DNA of 64,000 bases, from the NCBI GenBank assembly GCA_910578825.1, contig CAJTSB010000014.1:5783-69782 (forward strand), read 5' to 3'. The stretch is from an uncultured Lachnospiraceae bacterium (GTDB taxonomy: Bacteria > Bacillota > Clostridia > Lachnospirales > Lachnospiraceae). The notes under the pieces were generated by a model. It did no database searches and was not told the origin of the DNA. It saw only the letters and a list, made by a program, of their open reading frames with translations. The stretch's first letter is position 1; each line of letters starts with the position of its first letter. Shown piece by piece: positions 15,296 through 24,523 of the stretch. A program made the position numbers and the translations under genes.

Positions 15296-18200
15296 TTATA
15301 TCTTTCCGTCAAAAAATCCCAGGGTTTCCAGCGCCTTTAAAGCATTGTGCAGATAATCCTTATCCGGCATGGGCCACTTAAAGCCCAGCCTGTAGAGTAT
15401 TTTGGTGGTAAAGCTGTTGTCTGCATCAATATAAACGCTTCCTTCCTCACGGTCTCCCGGCAGATAAGCAATCAGTCCGGAGATCAACTGGTTTTTATCC
15501 TCATCCTCCAAGGCCTTCTGCAAGCTTGCGCCAAACTCCTCATCACTTACGGTTTCTATGGCAATTCCCAGGCTGTTCATCTGCTCCACTACATCCGCCA
15601 TCTGAATCACATAACTACTGTAGGCATGGAACACACTGAAATCCCCTTCAGCCCCAGTAAGCCTTACAATCGCCTCCGCCGTAGAATCAATCGGGGAAAA
15701 CTCCGCCGGCATATCCAGCTGGGAAACCGGGAACTTTCCAAGAGCCACATACCCGCGCAGGGTACGCATAAACCCATTGGTAACGGAATTGATCTGGAAT
15801 TCTCCGTCACTGACACGGCTCATGAGATTTCCTACCCTTATCACCCGTCCTTTCATGCCTTTTGCGACGGCTGCCAATACTGCCTTTTCCGCACGGAATT
15901 TGGTATCAATATATTTGTTGGTGATACGCTGCCCGAAATCCAGTTCATTTTCATGGATTTTCTTTTCCTCCGGGAACATCTGCCCCACGTTTTCTCCTGC
16001 CACGCTTACGGTGGAAATCTGAATTAATTCCCTTCCCGTATCACGACACAGGCAGATCAAATGAAGAACGCCCTGATAATTAATCCGCTCCAAAGTATCA
16101 TCTGCGGAGAAGTGTTTTACGCACGCCGCACAATTTATCACCCGGGCAAAATCATATTGTTTCAGGAATTTTACCTTTTCCGCGTCCGTGATATCCCCTT
16201 CAATGACAACAATCCGGTTTCCGAAAAGTTCCTCATAAGGATTGCTGAAGTAATATACAAGCATACTTTTCAGCCTTTTTTCTGCTGAAAGAGCGCTGCC
16301 CCTCCTCAGCAGGCAGTATATGGTATTGTCCGTGGTTTCCACCAGCGTTTTTAAAATATGGGCGCCAAGGAAACCTGTGGCTCCTGTTAGAAGCACGTTG
16401 CCTACGGCTGACGGACGTACCTCATCTACATATTCCGGCGTATTATGCGAAAGAATCTGTCCAATGGAATCCTGCCCTAAATCCTCTTCCGCCGCCTGTT
16501 CTTCCATACCACTTTGCCCATCCTGGTTCTCGCGTTCCATGAGATACCGTTCCAGAGCCAGAGGGGTCTTATATTCAAACAGATCCGCATAGGAAACTCC
16601 AATCCCTGCACTCATGCATTTCATCGCCACTTTAGACGCTGAAAGGGAGGTTCCGCCATTTTCAAAGAAATCATCTTCTATACCGACTTTTTCCACTCCG
16701 AGAGCCATGGCAAAGATTTCACATAATCTGCGCTGTAATTCCGTGCGGGGAGCTACATAATTTCTGCTTTCCTGGGTGTAGTCCGGTTCCGGCAGCGCCC
16801 GTTTGTCAACCTTGCCGTTGTTGGTAAGCGGCAGTTCGGGCAGCTGCATCAACACCCCTGGTACCATATACGGCGTTAAGTATTTCTGCATAAAACAGGT
16901 CAGTTTCTGACTATCCACCTGCTGTTGCGCCACAAAGTAACCGCACAGGAACTGATTGGAATCCTTTTCTTTTACAAGCACAACACTTGATTTCACGCCA
17001 GGATACCGATTCATCACATTTTCAATCTCATCCAGCTCCACCCGCAGTCCCCGGAGTTTTACCTGATTGTCCATTCGCCCCATAAATTCTATCTTGCCAT
17101 GATGGTTCCATCTTGCAAGATCACCGCTTCGGTATGCCTTTTTACCCTCAAAGGTGATAAATTTATCTGCCGTCATTTCAGGTTTGCCCACATATCCCCT
17201 GCCTACGCCGTTTCCGATAATGAGCAGCTCTCCCGGTACTCCGGCGGGAAGCAGGTTCCGGTATTTATCAATCGCCATCATCTTAATATTTGCCATAGGT
17301 CTTCCTATGGTAATCTTCGTCCCGGTCACCTGCTCGAAGGCACATCCGATTGTGGTTTCCGTGGGACCATACCCGTTAAATATGATGGGCGCTGTTCCAA
17401 GGGACATGATTTTCCCATAAAGAGCATCAGGAAACGCCTCTGCGCCCACATTAAACACCTTTATCTGTGACAGCGCTTCCTTCATTTCCGGCATATCAAT
17501 AATATTGATAAGGAAGGAAGGCGTACAAGTCATCATATTCACTCCATGAGCCAGAACCAATTCCGAAAGCGCAAAAGGATTATGGATTTCCTCTTCATTG
17601 GCCATACACACTGTAATACCGTGATACAGGGGGATGCACTCCTCCAGTATGGACACGTCAAAGGTAATGGCAGCAAAGGCCAGGGATACCGTGGCATGAT
17701 CTATATAGGACTGCGCCTCCACATTGTAGGGATTGCCATCCACATAATTCACAAGGTTTTGGTGCTCAATCATAACACCTTTGGGTTTGCCGGTGGAACC
17801 AGAAGTATAAATGCAATAGCACAGATTTTCCGGTCGGATGTCTATCTGAGGATTTTGAATATTCCCCCCTTCCTCCAAAAGCTCTTCCAGACAAAGGACT
17901 TTTGCCGCAATCCTGCCCAAAAGCTGGCCGCGCTGGCTAATTAGTTCCTTCGGCATGATCACAAACTCCGCACCGGAATCCTCCAGTATATAAATAATTC
18001 GCTCATCCGGATATTCCGGATCAATGGGCACAAAAGCCCCTCCAGCCTTCATGATTCCCTGCCTTACGGCATACACATCCACCGTCCGGGGCATCATCAC
18101 GCCCACCATCCGCTCCATGTGCAGCCCCATGTCCAGCAGGTAGTTGGCAATCTTGTTGGCATTTTCATTCAGTTCGCGGAACGTCCGCATTTCCCCGTCC

Positions 18201-21200
18201 GCAATCACAGCCGTCTTGTCCGGGTGCAGCGCCACCTGACGTTCAAAAAGGACATTGGCCGTTACCTGTTCCACCGGATAGTCCGTTTCATTGTACCCTT
18301 CCAGTTCCCGGCGGGCTTCGCCGCTTAACAGGGACACTTCCTTTAAGAACCTCTTATTACAAAATTCCTCCACTGCAACGGCAAAACTATCCACCAGTCC
18401 CGCAATGGTGCTTTCCTCGTACATATCGCTGCGGTACTCGACCTGGTAACAGATTTCATCTTTATTAACCGCCACATCTACAGACAGAGGCGCTTTCGCC
18501 GTATCCAGACGCAGCTCCTCCAAAATTGCTTTTTGCCCGGCAATCTCCTCAAACTGGAAATCATCTCCCTGAAATGCAAAGAGAATATCCGCCTTAATTC
18601 CATATGCCCTACTGATCTCTGCGAAAGAATAAATATCCGCATTCATACTGTTCAAAAGCTGCTCCCCGGTTTCTTTCAGATAACTGTCGATTTCCTGCTC
18701 TCCGTCAATATTACAGTACACAGGAAGGGTTTTCACCAACATACTGATGACCGAAGCCAGCCGTGAATCATTCCTTCCATTATAAATCGTGGTAAACACA
18801 GCCTCATCCTTATATACATACCGTCCTGTCACGAAACCAAAGGCAGCGGTGAACAGCGTATTCATGGTAACCTGCTTTTCCTCACAGAACGCCCGAAGGG
18901 CATCCATATTCACCCTGATATCCCTTCTGTACAATCCCACCGATGCGGTCTCATTCTTATCCCGTGCAGGAAGGAAATCCGTATCACAGCCGGAAAACAC
19001 AGAATCATAGTATTCCCTGGCACGGATATACTCTTCTCCCTGCAAGGCTTTTTGCTCCACTAAAGCCGCCTCGAAACCGGAAAAGCTTTCCGCCGTCAGT
19101 TTCCTGCCTTCATAAGCCGCGTTCATATCGCGGATAAAAATACCGCAGGATGTTCCGTCACTGATAATATGGTGAAAATCCAGGAACAGATAATTTCCCT
19201 CTTCCGTCTCATACAGCTCTATACGGAACAGTCTTTCCTCCATAAGCTGATACGGGCGCACCAGTTCTTCCCTGTTCAGTCGGTTGTTTATTTCTACCTC
19301 AAAAGACGCATTATCGTTTCGTTTCTGCCGGATATCACCTTTTTCATCCATAAATAATGTTGTCTTGATATAAGGATGAGCGGCAACTGCCTCCTCTGCC
19401 GCCTTTTTCAGCCTGGGCAGTTCCACCTTTTCATCCAGGCAAAACAGAAACGGAATATTGTAGATCGTGCTTCCCGGATTGGCGGCACACTCTACAAAGA
19501 TACCATTCTGGGTCTGGGTCAGAGGGTAAGCATCCTGTATCTCAAAAGTTTCCCCTTCTCCCCTATTCCGAAGAAGTTCCTCCAGCTTTTCCACCGTATT
19601 ATATTCCTTTAAATCCTTATTTCGCACCACCACGCCTTCAAAAGTTTTGGAAAGCAATGCGTTTAGCCGCACCGCGCCGATGGAGGTAAGTCCGGCCCGA
19701 TAAATGTCCGTGGACGCGCCAAATTCCCTGTGTCCAATGACTTCCGCTACGCATTCAAAAATCCTTTGCTGCACGGGGCCTGCCGGCTCCTTGCGTTCTT
19801 CTTTCTTTCGTTGCGGCATGGGAAGGGCTTTTTTATCTACCTTCTGATTCTGATTCAAGGGAATTTTGTCAATCTGCATAGTAACGGCCGGAACCATATA
19901 GGGCGGCTTGCTCTCCATAATAAACGCATTCATCGCCTCCACATCGACCTGCACCGCAGCTACCACATAAGCGGCAATATACTTTCCGCCGCCTGGCTCA
20001 TCAAAAGCAACCACCGTTGCGTCTGAAATTCCCGGGAACTTCCGTATGATTTCCTCCACCTCGGTAAGCTCAATACGGAACCCCCGAATCTTCACCTGTC
20101 CATCCCGGCGTCCGATAAACTGGATATTTCCATTCGGCAGGAAACGCACAATATCCCCTGTGTGATATGCCCTGCGGTATCCTTCCGCATCAGAGAAGGG
20201 ATTTTCAGAATATGATTCCGCCGTCTTTTCCGGTCGATTGAGATAGCCTCTGGACACCTGGTATCCTGAGATCCACAATTCTCCCGGAACCCCTGCCGGA
20301 ACCCTTCTCCCGCAGCTGTCCACCACATACAGTTTCATATTGGAGAGCGGTTTGCCGATGGGAAACTCTTCCTCATAGCGTTCCAGACAATAGGCAGTGG
20401 ATAAAATCGTACATTCCGTAGGTCCATACACATTATAATATTTTGTGCCTCCGGCAGGCGCAAAAGGAGTCAACGCCTCTCCGCCCATGGACAGATGCTT
20501 TAAATTTCCGCACTGTACGCTTGTGGCAAATGCCCGCCCAATCTGAGTAGTCATAAAGGCATGGGTCACTCTCTGTTTCTCAAAATACCTGTTTAACTCA
20601 TTTAAATCCAGACGAATGGACTGATCTATAATACATACCGACGCCCCGCCGGTGAGTGCCGGATAAATATCCATCATATGAGCGTCAAACCCATAGCTGG
20701 CATAAGCCGCCACCCTGCCTTCCGGCTGCAGATCGTAATATTCTCTGTACCACTGGCAGAACGCCATCAGATTCCGGTGCTCCAACATACATCCTTTGGG
20801 CACGCCGGTGGAGCCTGAGGTATACAAAAGAATAAACAAATCCTCCGGTTTGGGCGGACAGGGAATCTCATCTTTCTCCACTTTCGGAAGTTCAGGAATA
20901 TCTTTTGTCAGCAGAATCTTCCCCTGATATCCTTCTACCAGATGTAAAAGCTCTTCCTCGGCAATGAGGAGTTGTGCGTCTGCATCCTGAATCATAAAAG
21001 ACAACCGCTCTTTGGGGTATGTAGGATCCAGAGGCTGATATGCCGCCCCCGCTTTTAAGATTCCCAGAGAGGCCAGAACCATATGCTCACATCGCGGAAT
21101 CAGCACGGACACTGTCTGTTCCCTGCCAATGCCCATTCTCGCAATATAAGCGGCCAGACGATCCGTAATCTCATCTGTCTGAGCATAGGTATAAGTTTTG

Positions 21201-24200
21201 TCCAGATAAATAACTGCAATGTCATCCGGTCTGTTTCCGACCTGTTCCCGGAACAGATCCACAACCGTTTTTGTCCTCTCAAAAGGAACTTCCGGTCCAT
21301 GAAATCTATCCAGCAGCTGGACGTCGGATTCCGAAACCAGAGAAATCTGATGCAAACTCTGACAGGAAATCATGCCCTGCAGTACCTGCACCAGCATCCT
21401 TGACAAGCCCCTTGCCGTCTTTTCACTGTATAAATCCCTGCGGTAATCTAAACTAATCTCATAACCGCCCTGCCCCTTCATTACCATCACGGAAATATCC
21501 GCCTGCACCTGCCCGGTTGAAAGAGGCTGCGCCGGACACCTTTTTCCATCCAGGGACAATCCTTTCAGCATTTCTCCCTGATAAACAAACAAAATATCGG
21601 AAGCAATATCGTAATCCCTTGCCAGTTCTTCAAAAGATATCACATCGTGTTCCATGGTTTCATAAAAATTCTTCTGGAATCCCTGTAAATACTCCTCCAC
21701 GACCATGCTTTCTTCCCAGGACTGATATATGGGAAGCGTCCGCACAAACATTCCCACAGATTCCGCCAGCTCTGTACAATGCCTTCCATTGTTGACGGTA
21801 CAGAACAGACTCCGGTTTCCTCCTGTATACTTTCCAAGGGCATAGGCAAAAGCCCCCAGAAACAGCGTATTTTCTGAAATTCCCTTCTGCCTTGTAAACT
21901 GCTCCACCGCCATAATAGAAAGCTCTTCGCTGAGAGACATCCGCACGCTGCTGCTACTGGCGCCGGGCGATTTCATCCTGTAATCTTTCAACAGGGTCTC
22001 CCCCATCTCCCCATCATCCAGTTTAGACTTAAAGTATTCCCTGGCCGCCTGATACTCCGGCGTTTGTTTCACCGTTTCCTCATAAACGGACACATCCATC
22101 AGGGATATCTCCTCCTCCTTTGGCTCTTCGCCTTTGTAAAAGGTAGATATTTCTTCCAGAAATACACATACCGAGGTACCGTCAAAAATCAGGTGGTGTA
22201 CGTCAAAGAAAAAATATCTGCGGGTTTTATCACTGCCGTCCGCCATACGATATAAGGCCATGCGGTATAAAGGCTCCTGCCCCATAACAAAAGGACGAAC
22301 AAAGCCTTTCTCTGCTGCTTTCATGTCCCTGGCCGTACACTCCTGCACAGTTGCATCTAAAAATTCCGGGCACAGTTCCATAAGGGGGCTTCCCTCTCTC
22401 TGCACAATCTTCACTCCGAAAGCGGGATGCATGGCAACCGCCTTTTTTACCGCCTCCTTAAACCGGATCATGTCCATATGCTCCGGCAGCTCACAGCACA
22501 TGGGAATATTATACATCGTGCATTCCGGTTCACTAACGCACTCCAGATAGACCCCCATCTGAGAATCCGTAAGTAACCATTCCTTCCGTTCCCCATTATA
22601 CTCCCGTATTTTGTCCCATTCCACAGTACGCTCCCGGGCGCCTTCCATTTCCCGGTCTTCCTGCAACAGCAAAGCAATCTTCTCTGGCGTTCTGCCCTTT
22701 AAGACCATTCCCGGCGTCAGGGAAAAATCCGCAAGACATTCTACCAGTTTCAACACATTGATAGAATCCCCGCCCAACTGGAAAAAGTCATCGCCGATTC
22801 CAGTTCTTCCACAGTGCAGGATTTCCTCAAAGGCTTCACATATCCGTTTCTGCATCTCATTTTCCGGCTCTCTGTACACCCCTTTGTACTCAGAAATTCC
22901 CGGTGGCAAAAGCGCCGTCCTGTCCAGCTTTCCGTTTACATTCTTCGGAAGCTCCTCCATTCTTTTCAGAAAACGGGGAATCATGTAATCCGGCAGCGTC
23001 TCTCTCAGGCAGGCTCTGATATCCTCGGGCGCAACCTCCTCTCCTGCCACATAAAATCCACACAGGTAATTCTGCCCGTTTTCATCTTCAAAGGCTTTTA
23101 CTACGGCATTTTTCACTCCCGGAACTGCCGACATACGAATCTCAATTTCTCCCGTCTCCACACGCTGTCCGTTGATTTTTACCATCCAATCCCTGCGATT
23201 TACATAAATAAAATTCCCATCCGGCAGTTTCTTTCCAATATCCCCCGTATGCAGCAGAACCTTTCCGTCCTCCTTAAGCTCAAATGTCCGGGCGGTTTGT
23301 TCTTCCATATTCAGATAACATTCGCCAAGAACGCCAAGAACACAAATTTCTCCCTCTTCGCCATCAGGAACTTCCCTGCCCTGCTCATCCAGCAAAAACA
23401 TCTCCACGTCCTGCGCAGGCTTCCCAATCGGGGTATTCTCCATTGGTTCCTCTACTTTAAAAGCTGATACCATGCTCGTTGTCTCACTGCAGCCATATAG
23501 ATTGTACAGCACATAACCGTCACCACTTAACATGGATACCCGCTCACTTCCGGTCATTACCTTTTTCAGCGCTTTCCCACGATTCTTAAAATAACGCAGC
23601 ATCTGCGGGCTGATAAAACCGCAGGTAATTTCCTTTTTTGCATAATAAGACTCCAGCAGGCGCACATCCCTGCGAACCTCCTCGGAAAGCATATGGACGC
23701 AGCCGCCGCTGCTTAAAATAGCATAATACTCCAGCACCAACACTACAAAAGATAACGGCGCAGTGGCCGCCAGCCGTTCCTCTTTCCCGAAACCAAGGGT
23801 TTCGACATTCCTCATTGCTCCCATATAGAGGCTCCCATGGCTGTGGACAATTCCCTTGGGACGACCGGTGGAACCCGATGTATAAATGATCATGGCTCTG
23901 TCCCTGTCCGCCACTGTATATTCCTCAATCGGCTCATAGCGCCCGATATCCTCCATCCACTCACCATCAATCGTACATACTGCTTTGCAGTCTTCCCGGA
24001 TATAGTCAATTCTCTCCGGCGGATATTCCGGAAGCAGCGGCACATAAACCGCCCCGGCCATCATGATTCCGATTTCCGCTGCCACATATTCCATCCGCCT
24101 GTCCATACATACTATCACTGCCTGCCCGGTTATATCTCCCATCTCCAAAAGCTTTGCCGCAACCCGGCCGCTCCTACATGCAAGCTCCTGATACGTCGTA

Positions 24201-24283
24201 CTCCTCGCGCCGCCCAAATCAACAATCGCTGCTTTATCCGGCTGTTCGTCCACAATCTTTTTAAATCTGTCCAGAAAGTTCAT
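15296..24283 (-). CDS. Non-ribosomal peptide synthetase, A-T-C-A-T-C-A-T-R (three modules, terminal thioester reductase)
   Basis: I moved the start from 24502 to the ATG at 24283 (MNFLDRF), which has GGAGGA 7 nt upstream. A1 (~22898-24283) has IIYTSGSTGRPKG, NLYGCSETT and NVNGKLDR. T1 has FFQLGGDSINV. C1 has HHLIFDGTS. A2 (~19808-21280) has LLYTSGSTGVPKG and NVYGPTE. T2 has AGLTSIGAV. C2 has HHIISDGTS. A3 (~16778-18280) has CIYTSGSTGKPKG and NGYGPTETT. T3 has FFENGGTSLSA. R (~15299-16420) has LLTGATGFLGAHIL and YIDTK. Confidence 0.92.
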   Translation of the reverse strand: MNFLDRFKKIVDEQPDKAAIVDLGGARSTTYQELACRSGRVAAKLLEMGDITGQAVIVCMDRRMEYVAAEIGIMMAGAVYVPLLPEYPPERIDYIREDCKAVCTIDGEWMEDIGRYEPIEEYTVADRDRAMIIYTSGSTGRPKGIVHSHGSLYMGAMRNVETLGFGKEERLAATAPLSFVVLVLEYYAILSSGGCVHMLSEEVRRDVRLLESYYAKKEITCGFISPQMLRYFKNRGKALKKVMTGSERVSMLSGDGYVLYNLYGCSETTSMVSAFKVEEPMENTPIGKPAQDVEMFLLDEQGREVPDGEEGEICVLGVLGECYLNMEEQTARTFELKEDGKVLLHTGDIGKKLPDGNFIYVNRRDWMVKINGQRVETGEIEIRMSAVPGVKNAVVKAFEDENGQNYLCGFYVAGEEVAPEDIRACLRETLPDYMIPRFLKRMEELPKNVNGKLDRTALLPPGISEYKGVYREPENEMQKRICEAFEEILHCGRTGIGDDFFQLGGDSINVLKLVECLADFSLTPGMVLKGRTPEKIALLLQEDREMEGARERTVEWDKIREYNGERKEWLLTDSQMGVYLECVSEPECTMYNIPMCCELPEHMDMIRFKEAVKKAVAMHPAFGVKIVQREGSPLMELCPEFLDATVQECTARDMKAAEKGFVRPFVMGQEPLYRMALYRMADGSDKTRRYFFFDVHHLIFDGTSVCVFLEEISTFYKGEEPKEEEISLMDVSVYEETVKQTPEYQAAREYFKSKLDDGEMGETLLKDYRMKSPGASSSSVRMSLSEELSIMAVEQFTRQKGISENTLFLGAFAYALGKYTGGNRSLFCTVNNGRHCTELAESVGMFVRTLPIYQSWEESMVVEEYLQGFQKNFYETMEHDVISFEELARDYDIASDILFVYQGEMLKGLSLDGKRCPAQPLSTGQVQADISVMVMKGQGGYEISLDYRRDLYSEKTARGLSRMLVQVLQGMISCQSLHQISLVSESDVQLLDRFHGPEVPFERTKTVVDLFREQVGNRPDDIAVIYLDKTYTYAQTDEITDRLAAYIARMGIGREQTVSVLIPRCEHMVLASLGILKAGAAYQPLDPTYPKERLSFMIQDADAQLLIAEEELLHLVEGYQGKILLTKDIPELPKVEKDEIPCPPKPEDLFILLYTSGSTGVPKGCMLEHRNLMAFCQWYREYYDLQPEGRVAAYASYGFDAHMMDIYPALTGGASVCIIDQSIRLDLNELNRYFEKQRVTHAFMTTQIGRAFATSVQCGNLKHLSMGGEALTPFAPAGGTKYYNVYGPTECTILSTAYCLERYEEEFPIGKPLSNMKLYVVDSCGRRVPAGVPGELWISGYQVSRGYLNRPEKTAESYSENPFSDAEGYRRAYHTGDIVRFLPNGNIQFIGRRDGQVKIRGFRIELTEVEEIIRKFPGISDATVVAFDEPGGGKYIAAYVVAAVQVDVEAMNAFIMESKPPYMVPAVTMQIDKIPLNQNQKVDKKALPMPQRKKEERKEPAGPVQQRIFECVAEVIGHREFGASTDIYRAGLTSIGAVRLNALLSKTFEGVVVRNKDLKEYNTVEKLEELLRNRGEGETFEIQDAYPLTQTQNGIFVECAANPGSTIYNIPFLFCLDEKVELPRLKKAAEEAVAAHPYIKTTLFMDEKGDIRQKRNDNASFEVEINNRLNREELVRPYQLMEERLFRIELYETEEGNYLFLDFHHIISDGTSCGIFIRDMNAAYEGRKLTAESFSGFEAALVEQKALQGEEYIRAREYYDSVFSGCDTDFLPARDKNETASVGLYRRDIRVNMDALRAFCEEKQVTMNTLFTAAFGFVTGRYVYKDEAVFTTIYNGRNDSRLASVISMLVKTLPVYCNIDGEQEIDSYLKETGEQLLNSMNADIYSFAEISRAYGIKADILFAFQGDDFQFEEIAGQKAILEELRLDTAKAPLSVDVAVNKDEICYQVEYRSDMYEESTIAGLVDSFAVAVEEFCNKRFLKEVSLLSGEARRELEGYNETDYPVEQVTANVLFERQVALHPDKTAVIADGEMRTFRELNENANKIANYLLDMGLHMERMVGVMMPRTVDVYAVRQGIMKAGGAFVPIDPEYPDERIIYILEDSGAEFVIMPKELISQRGQLLGRIAAKVLCLEELLEEGGNIQNPQIDIRPENLCYCIYTSGSTGKPKGVMIEHQNLVNYVDGNPYNVEAQSYIDHATVSLAFAAITFDVSILEECIPLYHGITVCMANEEEIHNPFALSELVLAHGVNMMTCTPSFLINIIDMPEMKEALSQIKVFNVGAEAFPDALYGKIMSLGTAPIIFNGYGPTETTIGCAFEQVTGTKITIGRPMANIKMMAIDKYRNLLPAGVPGELLIIGNGVGRGYVGKPEMTADKFITFEGKKAYRSGDLARWNHHGKIEFMGRMDNQVKLRGLRVELDEIENVMNRYPGVKSSVVLVKEKDSNQFLCGYFVAQQQVDSQKLTCFMQKYLTPYMVPGVLMQLPELPLTNNGKVDKRALPEPDYTQESRNYVAPRTELQRRLCEIFAMALGVEKVGIEDDFFENGGTSLSASKVAMKCMSAGIGVSYADLFEYKTPLALERYLMERENQDGQSGMEEQAAEEDLGQDSIGQILSHNTPEYVDEVRPSAVGNVLLTGATGFLGAHILKTLVETTDNTIYCLLRRGSALSAEKRLKSMLVYYFSNPYEELFGNRIVVIEGDITDAEKVKFLKQYDFARVINCAACVKHFSADDTLERINYQGVLHLICLCRDTGRELIQISTVSVAGENVGQMFPEEKKIHENELDFGQRITNKYIDTKFRAEKAVLAAVAKGMKGRVIRVGNLMSRVSDGEFQINSVTNGFMRTLRGYVALGKFPVSQLDMPAEFSPIDSTAEAIVRLTGAEGDFSVFHAYSSYVIQMADVVEQMNSLGIAIETVSDEEFGASLQKALEDEDKNQLISGLIAYLPGDREEGSVYIDADNSFTTKILYRLGFKWPMPDKDYLHNALKALETLGFFDGKI

Positions 24284-24454
24284 CTCTGTTTCCTCCATTA
24301 AAGTTTCACTCGCATAATTCGCTCGATAACATTTATAATAAGATAAAAACAGTTTACCAGAAAACTTCCTTATTTTTTTCCTAGTGAGAATACATTGCAT
24401 TTTTTTGAGCATAATTTGTCTGATCCCGGCTTTTTCCCTTTGTATGAATATAAC
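24284..24454 (-). promoter_or_regulatory. Promoter/leader region of the NRPS operon
   Basis: This ~170-nt AT-rich non-coding stretch lies between the upstream terminator and the NRPS start. Only weak sigma-70-like hexamers are visible (e.g. CTGGTA-17-TATAAA), so the promoter position is not resolved. Confidence 0.35.
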
Positions 24455-24487
24455 AAAAACAGTAATCTCTAAGAAATTACTGTTTTT
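24455..24487 (-). terminator. Rho-independent terminator after the CAP-domain gene
   Basis: The stem is AAAAACAGTAAT / ATTACTGTTTTT with a 9-nt loop. On the minus strand the hairpin is followed by TTTTTGTTATATT. It lies inside the spurious N-terminal extension of the NRPS ORF. Confidence 0.75.
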
Positions 24488-24523
24488 GATTTCGAAATTC
24501 ATATTCGATTTTTTCTGCCCGTC

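Noticed and set aside
19568-19780. Carrier domain T2 has an atypical core (AGLTSIGAV instead of GGDSL/GGHSL), and T3 has GGTSL.
   Set aside because: The phosphopantetheine-acceptor Ser is retained (codon 19682-19684) and the surrounding helices look normal. This is probably lineage variation rather than an inactive domain.
4485-24283. The NRPS operon could be a recently acquired mobile island.
   Set aside because: There is no integrase, transposase, tRNA target, direct repeat or obvious compositional break at either border within the window. Horizontal origin can be neither supported nor excluded from this sequence alone.
24284-24502. A 73-codon N-terminal extension of the big NRPS ORF (MNFEIKNSNF...ETLMEETE) appears in the ORF track.
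   Set aside because: The extension is AT-rich with an odd composition. It contains the terminator hairpin of the upstream gene (24455-24487). The internal ATG at 24283 has a strong GGAGGA SD, and the A-domain homology starts there.
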